A stretch of DNA of 54,541 nt from positions 1-54,541 of the forward strand of contig JAQWOB010000023.1 of the NCBI GenBank assembly GCA_029246085.1, in the 5' to 3' direction. The notes beneath the pieces were generated by a model that saw only the letters and a program-made list of their open reading frames with translations, did not search any database and was not told where the DNA came from. A program made the position numbers and the translations under genes. Origin of the DNA: Gammaproteobacteria bacterium. Lineage in GTDB: Bacteria; Pseudomonadota; Gammaproteobacteria; GCA-002705445; GCA-002716945. Of this stretch, positions 8,780 to 18,126 are shown in pieces; the stretch's first letter is position 1; each line of letters begins with the position of its first letter.

Positions 8780-9774
8780 GAAAAATATATTTTATTTATC
8801 CTAAATTCGGCAGTACTATTACCGGTGGAACATTATATGATATTCAATTGTGCAAGTATTTAAAAAAAATATTTATTTATCACTCTGGCATAGTAGTCAA
8901 ACATGATATTTCTAGTATTGAGCTTTTTACAAAATTAAAGAAAATACCAAAAGAGTCCATTATAATAGTAGATGGCTATCTGGCTAACAGAATCAAATAT
9001 ATTATAAAAAAATTTGGCAATATTAGTTTACTAGTACATCATCCATGCTCATTAGAAGATCCCTCTAAAAGATCATCTAATCTTAAATTATATTTTAATG
9101 AAAAAATAGCTTTTACATATGCAAAATCAATAACAACTGTAAGCAAATATATGAAATTAAAAATTAGTAAGTATTTAAATAAGAATTCAAAGATACATGT
9201 AGTATATCCAGGTATCAGAGATTGTTTTTTTAATTATAATACCGCTACTAATTCTAAAAACCTTATATCAATTGGTAATATAATTCCAAGGAAAGGACAT
9301 GAGTGGCTGATAAAGTCATTGAGTAAACTAAAATTTGATTGGCATTTAAATATTATAGGAGATTATAGTATTGATAAGGATTATTACCAAAGACTAGACC
9401 TTTTGGTTAAGAGTTATAGACTGGAAGATAAAATAACATTTTTAGGTTCAGTGGAAACTGAGACTATGCTTGATTATTTAAAAAAATCAAAGTTATTCAT
9501 ACTTGCGACACATTATGAAGGCTTTGGCATGGCATTACTGGAGTCTTCAATTTCTGGAGTTAAAGTTATTACTACAGATTTGCCAGTATTAAGGGAAGTA
9601 TTGAAAAGCAGAGATGTTGATTTTGTCGAAGAAAATAATATTCAATCATTAGCTGAAACCATCGAGTATAATTTCAATAATTATACTTCTAAAAAAGTAT
9701 CTTCTAGCATTGGGAAGTATGGCTGGAAGAGAGCAGCAAGAAATTTTAAAATGGTGTTATATGGAACAAGGTAA
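8776..9774 (+). CDS. Glycosyltransferase family 4
   Basis: TGGTLYD, LVHHP, PRKGH, EGFGMALLES. Confidence 0.9.
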   Translation: MRKIYFIYPKFGSTITGGTLYDIQLCKYLKKIFIYHSGIVVKHDISSIELFTKLKKIPKESIIIVDGYLANRIKYIIKKFGNISLLVHHPCSLEDPSKRSSNLKLYFNEKIAFTYAKSITTVSKYMKLKISKYLNKNSKIHVVYPGIRDCFFNYNTATNSKNLISIGNIIPRKGHEWLIKSLSKLKFDWHLNIIGDYSIDKDYYQRLDLLVKSYRLEDKITFLGSVETETMLDYLKKSKLFILATHYEGFGMALLESSISGVKVITTDLPVLREVLKSRDVDFVEENNIQSLAETIEYNFNNYTSKKVSSSIGKYGWKRAARNFKMVLYGTR

Positions 9775-10633
9775 ATTTTCATTATCGTGGATTAAAGCAC
9801 GAGAACAATATGATTTAAAATATAGAAGTAATTTGTTAAAAGAACAGTATAAAAAAGACAGGTCTTCCTTTAATCGAATCATTGACCTAGGCTCTGGAAA
9901 TGGATCATTTTTAAGATACTGTCATTGCAAGAAAATAATTTTCAAGGAAATGCTTCTCATAGATTATGACTCTAAGCTTTTAAGAGATTTTTATGCATCA
10001 ACTTATAGTTATCTAAATGGAAAAGACTATAATATTTTAAAAGAATCTCCGACAAAGTATAAGTTAAAAAAAATAGATACAATCAAAACTAAAAATATTC
10101 AATTAATGAATGCTGATATTTTAAAATCATTAAATATTATTAATAATTATGATTTAATTAGTTTGTCAGCAATGTCAGATATACTTCCAACATTATTTAT
10201 TAAGAAACTTTTAGATAAAGTAGGTAAAAATAAAATAATATATTTTTCTATATGTTTTGATGGGAGAATTAAATGGGCTTCTAGTCATAAGTATGATAAA
10301 TATATTTTAACGATGTTTAATAAAAATCAGGAAACTAATAAGAGTTCTGGATATGTGGTTGGCGCAAAAAGCATTGAACTTATAAGAGAGTGTAGTATGA
10401 AGAAAAAATATAATTTTCAGATTGAAGACTCTTCTTGGGAATTAAAATCTTATGATGAAAATTCCAAATGTTTTCAAAAAATGTATTTAGATACAATATG
10501 TAAACCATTAAAAAAAGATGATATCACAAATAAAGATATGCTGAGTGAATGGCGGAAGGTAAAATTGAAAGATATTGTAACTGGTAAATCAAAAATTATT
10601 GTAGGCCATAAAGATATTTTAATATTAACATAA
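9761..10633 (+). CDS. SAM-dependent methyltransferase-fold protein
   Basis: IIDLGSGNGS motif I, WIKAREQYD, VGHKDIL end; ATG 9761 chosen. Confidence 0.75.
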   Translation: MEQGKFSLSWIKAREQYDLKYRSNLLKEQYKKDRSSFNRIIDLGSGNGSFLRYCHCKKIIFKEMLLIDYDSKLLRDFYASTYSYLNGKDYNILKESPTKYKLKKIDTIKTKNIQLMNADILKSLNIINNYDLISLSAMSDILPTLFIKKLLDKVGKNKIIYFSICFDGRIKWASSHKYDKYILTMFNKNQETNKSSGYVVGAKSIELIRECSMKKKYNFQIEDSSWELKSYDENSKCFQKMYLDTICKPLKKDDITNKDMLSEWRKVKLKDIVTGKSKIIVGHKDILILT

Positions 10634-11526
10634 TGAATATCAAAGATTCTTTAAAGTATATTCTATCTATTTTAATAATTTATTATATTATTGAGCATTA
10701 TGGAATCAATATATCTAATATGCTTTCCATCATAGACATACGGTATATTTTATTAATTATGCTCATAAGTATTATACAGCATTTTTTATCAGCATATAGA
10801 TGGATGTATATTTCTAAAATTACTAATCTGGATATTAGTTTTAGAAATTCTATCCAATTTTATTATATATCTAGTTTTATGAATAATATTTTGCCAGGTG
10901 GAATTATGGGAGATATGTTTCGCATTTATCATACTACAGAAAATAAAATGGAAATTCTAAAAATAGGAAAATCCGTACAAGCTGTTATTTTTGAGAGATT
11001 ATCTGGTCAAATTATGCTGCTTGCTTTTTTCATAGTTTCTCTAACTTTTTATTTTCTTATAAATAATAAATACGAAGCTTTCCTTTACTTATTTTTCCCT
11101 TCATTATTAATATTTTTTATATTTAAATTATTTCTGAATAAGAAAATTAAAAAAATGCTAAATGATAAGAAAATTGGTCATAATATTTATGCAGTTTTTT
11201 CCGGGGAGGTGTTTTGGAGGCATTTAATACTATCGTTTTTCGTTGTGTGTTCATATGTACTTATCTATGTAATATCTGCAGTTTCATTAGGGCTAGATAT
11301 TGATTATCTTGCGTTTATGGTTTTTTCTCCAATAATCTTATTTTCTATGACTTTACCAATCAGTATTGGAGGTTGGGGGATAAGAGAATTAACCGCTCTT
11401 TTACTATCTTTGCTTTTAGGGCTTTCAGCGTCTTCAAGTATTAGTGTATCCATCATATATGGGATATTAAATTTAATATGCTCTTTACCAGGACTTTATT
11501 TTTTTTTACAAATTAAATCAAAATAA
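10633..11526 (+). CDS. Lysylphosphatidylglycerol-synthase TM domain / flippase-like membrane protein
   Basis: AYRW, NNILPGGIMGD, ERL, LPISIGGWGIRE; multi-TM. Confidence 0.85.
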   Translation: MNIKDSLKYILSILIIYYIIEHYGINISNMLSIIDIRYILLIMLISIIQHFLSAYRWMYISKITNLDISFRNSIQFYYISSFMNNILPGGIMGDMFRIYHTTENKMEILKIGKSVQAVIFERLSGQIMLLAFFIVSLTFYFLINNKYEAFLYLFFPSLLIFFIFKLFLNKKIKKMLNDKKIGHNIYAVFSGEVFWRHLILSFFVVCSYVLIYVISAVSLGLDIDYLAFMVFSPIILFSMTLPISIGGWGIRELTALLLSLLLGLSASSSISVSIIYGILNLICSLPGLYFFLQIKSK

Positions 11527-12387
11527 ATCAATATCACATAAAATATCACTACCCATCTTCATATAAGATATTTTGTGTTCACAAACTTCTTTTAATGACT
11601 TTTGTTTTGGAATTATAAAGCTACTAATTCCTTCCCCTAATATTATTGGACTGATACATAAATGTAATTTATCAAGTAAATTTTTTTCATAAAATTTTGA
11701 AATAGTTTTTCCGCCACCTTCTATGAAAACTATTCTTTTATTTAGCTTAGTTAGCAATGATAGTATATCTTTTTCATCAAACTGATTATTTATTAGAGGT
11801 AATTGAAATATATTTTGATCTCTTGATTTTAATTTATCATGAATAATTTTATAACCATTATCGTCTTTATGATTAAATACATGATATTTTTTACTAAGCT
11901 TGTTGTTTTTATCTAAAATAATCCTCATAGGATTTTCACCTTTTACGAGTCTTGTTGTAAGCATAGGATTATCTGATTTAACAGTATTAGACCCTACAAT
12001 AATTATATCTGATATTGCTCTTAACATATGTATATGGATAAGATTTTCTTGAGAGCTTATATATTTTGACTCACTTGATTGTGTTGCTATGAATCCATCC
12101 AAGGTTTGCGCTAAATGACCTATCAGAAAAGTCTTTTTATTATTAAATATTATAGGAAGATATAGCTTGAAGAGATTATTTGTATATTCATCTATATCAA
12201 AATTATTATCAATCACCTCTTGTTTCTCTATACTATATTTATACTGATATTTTTTCTTATTTAATACTTTTTCTATAGTTACCTGAGATATGTCATCAAA
12301 ATTATCTAGCTTGAAGTATTTAGCTGCTAAAATTAGTGACCATGAAGATTTTTTTGTTATACTGAATTTATTAGATTTATTGTTCAT
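11518..12387 (-). CDS. Stand-alone RibD C-terminal (pyrimidine reductase/DHFR-fold) protein
   Basis: AQTLDGFIAT, LRAISDIIIVGSNTVKSDNPMLTTR, IEGGG; no deaminase domain. Confidence 0.88.
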   Translation of the reverse strand: MNNKSNKFSITKKSSWSLILAAKYFKLDNFDDISQVTIEKVLNKKKYQYKYSIEKQEVIDNNFDIDEYTNNLFKLYLPIIFNNKKTFLIGHLAQTLDGFIATQSSESKYISSQENLIHIHMLRAISDIIIVGSNTVKSDNPMLTTRLVKGENPMRIILDKNNKLSKKYHVFNHKDDNGYKIIHDKLKSRDQNIFQLPLINNQFDEKDILSLLTKLNKRIVFIEGGGKTISKFYEKNLLDKLHLCISPIILGEGISSFIIPKQKSLKEVCEHKISYMKMGSDILCDIDLF

Positions 12388-12393
12388 AAGGTT

Positions 12394-12630
12394 ATGGGTT
12401 ATTTAAAAAGTACTATTATCAATATAATACATGGAGCACTCATTATTGTTCCCGTTATAATATTTATTCATTTTACATACTATTATTTTTCTAATTATAG
12501 CCCGATTCCGTCTATATATTATTTTTATGCTTCAATGGAATTAGGGCCTTTATATTTAACTATAAACTTTTATATTATAGGCTTACTAGGAAGATTTTTT
12601 AGTCAAAACCTTAGTTTTAATAATTTATAA
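12394..12630 (+). CDS. Hypothetical small membrane protein (2 TM)
   Basis: 78-aa hydrophobic ORF filling the gap between ribD-like gene and hisI. Confidence 0.55.
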   Translation: MGYLKSTIINIIHGALIIVPVIIFIHFTYYYFSNYSPIPSIYYFYASMELGPLYLTINFYIIGLLGRFFSQNLSFNNL

Positions 12631-13080
12631 TATAGTGGGGTTAGGAGCATCTCCATATACCTCATCTGGATCAAATACTTTTTCTTTTTCAGTAAAGGTT
12701 AGTTTCGCTTTTTTACCATCATATTTTATTTCACGATAAAAACATGAAAAATAACCGACATGACAGCTTGCATTTCCAGCTACAGTCACTTTAATCCATA
12801 CACAATCTTGGTCATCATCAATAAATATGCTATCAACCTTTTGTACAAAACCACTAGTGGCACCTTTATGCCATATGCATTTTCTACTTCTACTATAATA
12901 ATGAGCTTCTCTTTTCTCAATTGTAAGCTTAAGAGCCTCTGCATTCATGAATGCATGCATTAATAGGACACCTGTTTTTGTATCAGTAGTAACAACTGGG
13001 ATAAACCCATCAGAATTAAACTTTGGACTAAGTTCATTTCCTTCTTCTACTTCTTTAATTGATATTCTATCTTTAAACAT
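12625..13080 (-). CDS. hisI: Phosphoribosyl-AMP cyclohydrolase
   Basis: YYSRSR..WHKGATSG, DDDQD, SCHVGYFSCF. Confidence 0.95.
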   Translation of the reverse strand: MFKDRISIKEVEEGNELSPKFNSDGFIPVVTTDTKTGVLLMHAFMNAEALKLTIEKREAHYYSRSRKCIWHKGATSGFVQKVDSIFIDDDQDCVWIKVTVAGNASCHVGYFSCFYREIKYDGKKAKLTFTEKEKVFDPDEVYGDAPNPTIL

Positions 13081-13082
13081 AA

Positions 13083-13262
13083 CTACTTTTTCTTAAACAT
13101 TGATTTCTGTATAAAATTCTTACCGCAATAATAACATTCTACAGTTCCATCTTCACTATTAACTTTTAAGAATATTTGAGGGTGGGAACCACTTATATCG
13201 TCACCAGAGCAACTTATTATGTCTATATCATCTTCTATTATTTTGATATTAGATACTCTCAT
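13083..13262 (-). CDS. Zinc-finger CHCC domain protein (not in ORF track)
   Basis: Hand translation MRVSNIKIIEDDIDIISCSGDDISGSHPQIFLKVNSEDGTVECYYCGKNFIQKSMFKKK*: C..HP..CxxC; packed tightly between MOSC gene and hisI. Confidence 0.85.
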   Translation of the reverse strand: MRVSNIKIIEDDIDIISCSGDDISGSHPQIFLKVNSEDGTVECYYCGKNFIQKSMFKKK

Positions 13263-13266
13263 ATAT

Positions 13267-13926
13267 CTATAAAGAACTATAATCTCCTAGTTTCATCAAT
13301 CTTTCTCTAAACCTTTCCTTGATTTCTTCTGTCAAATATTTTAAGTCTACCGCTTTCTTCATTTTATCAATATTATTTATATCTTGAAATAATATCTCAG
13401 AAATTTCATATATAGACATACTGTCACTTTCTTTTCTTATATATTCAACCTCATCACCTCTAGATATGCTTCCTGTTTCTAATACTCTTAAATAAGATCC
13501 TAATAGACCACTTTGAGAAAACTTTTTTGTAAAATCTCTACTATTCATTTTTATTCCAATTTTATAACAGGGAATTCTTGGTTGAGAGATTTGGAAGAGA
13601 CAATTACCAATTTTTAGTTCATCACCAATATATATTTCTTTTTCATCAAAATCATCAATTGTAAGATTTTCTCCAACTAGTCCAAATTCACTATAATCTT
13701 GATTCATTTCTTTTGACCAAGTCTGGTAATGCTTATGTGAGTATGCATATAGAGCTTTGTCATACCCTCCATGAACTTTCATATCTGCTTGCCTATCACC
13801 AAGCAATCCAACCTCAGTAACCTCAATGGAGCCTTCTATTGGTTTTTTATATATACTAGTGGTAAGCTCTTTGCCGTTAAACATGACTTTTTTGGGCTCA
13901 GAAATATTTATAGATAAAATTTTCAT
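13267..13926 (-). CDS. MOSC domain protein (YiiM-like, with 3-alpha C-domain)
   Basis: GDRQAD..HGGYDKA, GENLT, SQPRIPCYK. Confidence 0.92.
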   Translation of the reverse strand: MKILSINISEPKKVMFNGKELTTSIYKKPIEGSIEVTEVGLLGDRQADMKVHGGYDKALYAYSHKHYQTWSKEMNQDYSEFGLVGENLTIDDFDEKEIYIGDELKIGNCLFQISQPRIPCYKIGIKMNSRDFTKKFSQSGLLGSYLRVLETGSISRGDEVEYIRKESDSMSIYEISEILFQDINNIDKMKKAVDLKYLTEEIKERFRERLMKLGDYSSL

Positions 13927-13978
13927 ATTTTAGATAAAGTAATTATATAATCTCATTATAAAAAAAGGATAACTTAAG

Positions 13979-14878
13979 ATGACTTCATATACAACGAATT
14001 GGATATTATTATTACTGTTATCGGCTATTTGGGGAGGCGCTTTTACTCTTAATAAGTTTGCGCTAGAAGCTTATAGTCCAGAAGTCTTAGTAACAGGACG
14101 CCTACTTATTGCTAGTATAGTGCTTCTGGGTTTTGTCTTAACAGTTTTTAAAAAGATTAATATCGATTTATCAAACTGGCGTTATTACTTTTTTATGAGT
14201 ATTGTGGGAATTGTAGCTCCTTTTCTATTAATTTCATATGGACAAATTGGAATTGATAGTTCTTTGGCTGGTATATTAATGTCAACAATGCCTATCTCTA
14301 CATTAATATTGTCTCATTTTTTTTTGAATGATGAAAATATGACAAAGAAAAAACTTATTGGTTTTTTAGTTGCATTTACTGGAATTATTATTTTAATTAT
14401 GCCGGACAAAAATATTATTGAAAATAATATAATTGATGGTATTTATTCTGAATTGATGGTCATAAGTGGAGCAATACTTTATTCATTTGCTGCAGTGTAT
14501 GGAAAGAGATTTAAAATTACAAATCCTCTGAATGCATCAACAGGAGTGATATTGTATTCTGCAGCTATTATGAGCATATATATAATGTTAAATATTGACC
14601 TAGCCCCACACTCATATGGCGATTATGAACATATTTTGGCAATAGTTATATTAGGAGTTTTTTGTACAGCTATTGCAACGATTATATATTTTCAAATATT
14701 ACAATCTTCAGGGGCAACCTTTATATCTATAATGAATTATCTTATCCCTGTCTGGGCTATCTTGTTCGGTGTTATCTTTTTTAATGAAGATGTGTCATGG
14801 AATTATCTTGTAGGCTTAATTATTGTGATATTAGGTATACAAATAAGTCAAATTAAAAGAAAGCCTAATAAAATCTAA
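13979..14878 (+). CDS. DMT/EamA family transporter
   Basis: ~10 TM duplicated EamA; IWGGAF, YLIPVWA. Confidence 0.9.
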   Translation: MTSYTTNWILLLLLSAIWGGAFTLNKFALEAYSPEVLVTGRLLIASIVLLGFVLTVFKKINIDLSNWRYYFFMSIVGIVAPFLLISYGQIGIDSSLAGILMSTMPISTLILSHFFLNDENMTKKKLIGFLVAFTGIIILIMPDKNIIENNIIDGIYSELMVISGAILYSFAAVYGKRFKITNPLNASTGVILYSAAIMSIYIMLNIDLAPHSYGDYEHILAIVILGVFCTAIATIIYFQILQSSGATFISIMNYLIPVWAILFGVIFFNEDVSWNYLVGLIIVILGIQISQIKRKPNKI

Positions 14879-14967
14879 AACATGAACACTTTGGTTCACT
14901 TGGTTTCATGGTATATTTATATTATAAATATATGAGGAATACTATGTTATATGATGACAAGCTTGCA

Positions 14968-15258
14968 ATGGCTAAAAAATTAAAAATAGAATCTGCAACA
15001 TTTCAAAAGATACTTGATCATTTGAGAAAGAACCCTGATGTTCAAAATATTGACATGATGAATTTGGCAAACTTCTGCCGTAATTGTATATCTAAATGGT
15101 ATATGTCAGAAGCTGAGAAATTAGGAGATAAATTGACTTATGATGAAGCTCGAGAATTAGTTTATGGAATGCCTTATTCTGAATATAAGAGTAAGCATCA
15201 AAAAGAGGCAACTAAAGAACAACTTGAGAAGTTTAATGAAGGTAAAAAAAAGAACTAG
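14968..15258 (+). CDS. DUF1244 family protein
   Basis: HLRKNPDVQNIDMMNLANFCRNCISKWY, VYGMPY; start uncertain (14908-14968). Confidence 0.85.
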   Translation: MAKKLKIESATFQKILDHLRKNPDVQNIDMMNLANFCRNCISKWYMSEAEKLGDKLTYDEARELVYGMPYSEYKSKHQKEATKEQLEKFNEGKKKN

Positions 15259-16003
15259 ACTTCAATTATCAAATGATGATCTTTTGAGATATAACAAACA
15301 TATTCTTTTAGAAGAAATTCAGACTGATGGGCTTGAGATCTTAAAACAAAAACATGTGGCGATAATAGGCCTTGGGGGTCTTGGTTGTCCAGTTGCTCAG
15401 TATTTATCAACTTCAGGGCTTGGTAAAATTACATTGATAGATGATGACGTAGTGGATGAAACAAATCTTCAGAGACAAATACTTTATACTTCTGAAGACC
15501 TTGGCCTATATAAGGCTGACGTAGCATGCAAAAGATTGAAGATATTAAATCCTGATATAAATATTGAAGGTTACAATATACGATTCACAAATGATTCAGT
15601 TAGTCTTATGAAAGATGTAGACATAATTATTGATGCTACTGATAATTTTAAATCAAGATCACTGATTAATAAGATATCTTTATTTTTAAAAAAACCCTTA
15701 GTGATGGGTGCTGCCATAAAGATGCAGGGACAAGTTGCAGTTTTCCGAAATGATTTATCTGATATGCCTTGCTATAATTGTCTTTATGACGATATAGAGG
15801 ACGAAATCAACTCATGTATAGACCTCGGAGTTTTATCTACATTAACTGGGATGATAGGTTCCCTTCAGGCAACTGAGGTTATAAAGACTTTGATAGGCTT
15901 TGGTGAATCACTAGAAAGCAAATTATTATTAGTAGATTTAAAGTATATGGGTTTTAGAACTGTTAAAATAATTAAAGATAATAAATGTAAAGTTTGCAAT
16001 TAA
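15236..16003 (+). CDS. moeB: Molybdopterin-synthase adenylyltransferase (MoeB/ThiF family)
   Basis: GLGGLG, TNLQRQ, DATDN, CYNC and CKVC; adjacent to moaA. Confidence 0.88.
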   Translation: MKVKKRTRLQLSNDDLLRYNKHILLEEIQTDGLEILKQKHVAIIGLGGLGCPVAQYLSTSGLGKITLIDDDVVDETNLQRQILYTSEDLGLYKADVACKRLKILNPDINIEGYNIRFTNDSVSLMKDVDIIIDATDNFKSRSLINKISLFLKKPLVMGAAIKMQGQVAVFRNDLSDMPCYNCLYDDIEDEINSCIDLGVLSTLTGMIGSLQATEVIKTLIGFGESLESKLLLVDLKYMGFRTVKIIKDNKCKVCN

Positions 16004-16004
16004 A

Positions 16005-17015
16005 ATGATCAAAGATAAACTAAATAGACAATTTGAGTATCTAAGAATTTCAGTCACTGATAAATGTAATTTTAGATGTACATATTGTATGCCTAAGGAG
16101 ATATTTGATAGTAAGCATCAGTTTCTGAAAAAAAATGAATTACTGACATATGAGGAAATCATAGAGGTTGCTAAAACTTTAAAACCATTTGGTTTAAAGA
16201 AAATTAGACTTACTGGTGGAGAGCCGCTTCTAAGAAAAAATATTGAGTATTTGGTTGAAGGTTTGAAAAAAGATGCATTGATTGATAAGGTTATGATTAC
16301 TAGTAATGGGTCTTTATTAACTAAAGAAAAACTAATAGCCTTACAGAAAAGTGGGTTAGATTCAGTAACTATAAGTTTGGATGCTTCGTCTCAAAAAGTA
16401 GCGAATATAATGAATCCTGTTAATAATAACTATATTTTAGTATCAGAGGCTATAGATAATGTTATTAGTATATTTGATAGTGTTAAGGTAAATATGGTTG
16501 TTATAAAAGGAGTAAATGATAAAGAAATTATCCCTATGGTAGAAAAATTTTTAGGCAAAAGCGTTGAGTTAAGGTTTATTGAATATATGGATGTAGGAGA
16601 ATCTAATAATTGGTCTCTGAGTAATGTATTTTCTTCAAAAGAAACCAAAGATTTAGTTGGGAAATATTTTAGTTTAAAAAAACTACCTGATTTAATAGAT
16701 TCTACATCTGAGAAATGGTCTATAGATAATTATGCATTGAATATTGCTTTTATTTCGTCTATATCAAAACCTTTTTGTTCTGAATGTAACCGTGGCAGGC
16801 TATCAGCAAATGGTAATTTTTATACATGTTTGTTTTCAGATAAGCCTTATAATTTTTCTAGTTACTTTAGAAATGAAAAAAACAACTTATCTTTTAATGA
16901 TTATTTTATTAAAGTTTGGTCTAATAGAAATGACCAGTATTCTCAATTGAGAGTTATTAATAAGATTGATAAAAGTAAAAAAAATAAAGTAGAAATGTCA
17001 TATATTGGTGGATAA
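16005..17015 (+). CDS. moaA: GTP 3',8-cyclase
   Basis: LRISVTDKCNFRCTYC, FCSECNR..TC, C-terminal MSYIGG. Confidence 0.97.
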   Translation: MIKDKLNRQFEYLRISVTDKCNFRCTYCMPKEIFDSKHQFLKKNELLTYEEIIEVAKTLKPFGLKKIRLTGGEPLLRKNIEYLVEGLKKDALIDKVMITSNGSLLTKEKLIALQKSGLDSVTISLDASSQKVANIMNPVNNNYILVSEAIDNVISIFDSVKVNMVVIKGVNDKEIIPMVEKFLGKSVELRFIEYMDVGESNNWSLSNVFSSKETKDLVGKYFSLKKLPDLIDSTSEKWSIDNYALNIAFISSISKPFCSECNRGRLSANGNFYTCLFSDKPYNFSSYFRNEKNNLSFNDYFIKVWSNRNDQYSQLRVINKIDKSKKNKVEMSYIGG

Positions 17016-17074
17016 TAATTATATTTATAGTCTGCTAAGTTGTAATATCAATATTAGAAAGTTAATATCAGTAT

Positions 17075-17338
17075 ATGTATATATTTATGAGTTATTTTTT
17101 TTATCTGATATCGGCTGTTGCCGGTTATATGGCTGCCTTTGATTTACTCATTCAAGTGTTTCCAGATTATGGATTTATAGAACTCACTACTGGATTTTTT
17201 GTCACTCTTATGTTTTTCCCTTTAGTCCCACTTTATCCTGGTATAAACAGTGGAGAATGGCTTTTAGCTATTATTTGTTATGCTTCTATAATGTTAGGGG
17301 TAATATCAGGTAATCAAGCAAGAAAATCTAAGACTTAA
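17075..17338 (+). CDS. Hypothetical membrane protein (~3 TM)
   Basis: 87-aa hydrophobic ORF between moaA and moaD. Confidence 0.6.
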   Translation: MYIFMSYFFYLISAVAGYMAAFDLLIQVFPDYGFIELTTGFFVTLMFFPLVPLYPGINSGEWLLAIICYASIMLGVISGNQARKSKT

Positions 17339-17431
17339 ACATACTGTTTTAGTAATTTTTGACTTTTTTAAAGCAAATTGTTAATTTTGTTGATAATAAT
17401 CATTTTTATAACTATGATACATAGGCAAATC

Positions 17432-17665
17432 ATGAAAATTTATGTTAAATATTTTGCTAGTGTTAGAGATATAATGGGCAAAGATTCTGAAGATCTTAAA
17501 ATTGAGACTAGCCTCTCAGCTAATGAATTATGGAAAAGCTTAACAGTTGGTAAAAAGACTCCCATCAGAGTATTAGTAGCTGTAAACCATGAGTATGTTG
17601 ACAAAAACTTTAAATTAAAAAATGGAGATGAAATTGCTTTTTTCCCTCCAGTTACAGGTGGTTAA
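17432..17665 (+). CDS. moaD: Molybdopterin synthase sulfur carrier
   Basis: MKIYVKYFA...EIAFFPPVTGG; ATG 17432. Confidence 0.95.
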   Translation: MKIYVKYFASVRDIMGKDSEDLKIETSLSANELWKSLTVGKKTPIRVLVAVNHEYVDKNFKLKNGDEIAFFPPVTGG

Positions 17666-17667
17666 TT

Positions 17668-18126
17668 ATGAAAATTGAAATTATGAATGAAAAATTTGAC
17701 CCATGGCAGTCATTGGTTGATTATAAAAAAAATGTTTTACAAAACAATCCTAAGATTGGAGCAACATCTGTTTTTGTAGGTACTGTGAGAGATTTTAATG
17801 ATGATGAAGAAGTTCAGAATATGGAGTTAGAACATTATCCGGGAATGACAGAAAAATATCTAGAAGACATAGTGAATGCTGCAATTAAAAAATATAAGAT
17901 TATTGATGGCCTTGTTATCCATAGAGTTGGAGCATTAGAACCAACAGATCCAATAGTTATTGTTGCTTCTTGGTCAGAGCATAGAGACAATGCATTCAAT
18001 GCTACGCGCGATATCATGGAAGCATTAAAGGCAGAAGCTCCTTTTTGGAAAAAAGAGTCAACTAATAATGGTTTCAGATGGGTAGAGCCTACTATTGGAG
18101 AAGAAAATAACATTGATGAAATTTAA
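17668..18126 (+). CDS. moaE: Molybdopterin synthase catalytic subunit
   Basis: FVGTVR, LEHYPGM, HRVG, APFWKKE. Confidence 0.95.
   Translation: MKIEIMNEKFDPWQSLVDYKKNVLQNNPKIGATSVFVGTVRDFNDDEEVQNMELEHYPGMTEKYLEDIVNAAIKKYKIIDGLVIHRVGALEPTDPIVIVASWSEHRDNAFNATRDIMEALKAEAPFWKKESTNNGFRWVEPTIGEENNIDEI

Noticed and set aside
11518-12387. Housekeeping riboflavin gene ribD
   Set aside because: No deaminase domain (no HAE/PCxxC) and no rib neighbours; it sits with the PTPS-like cluster.
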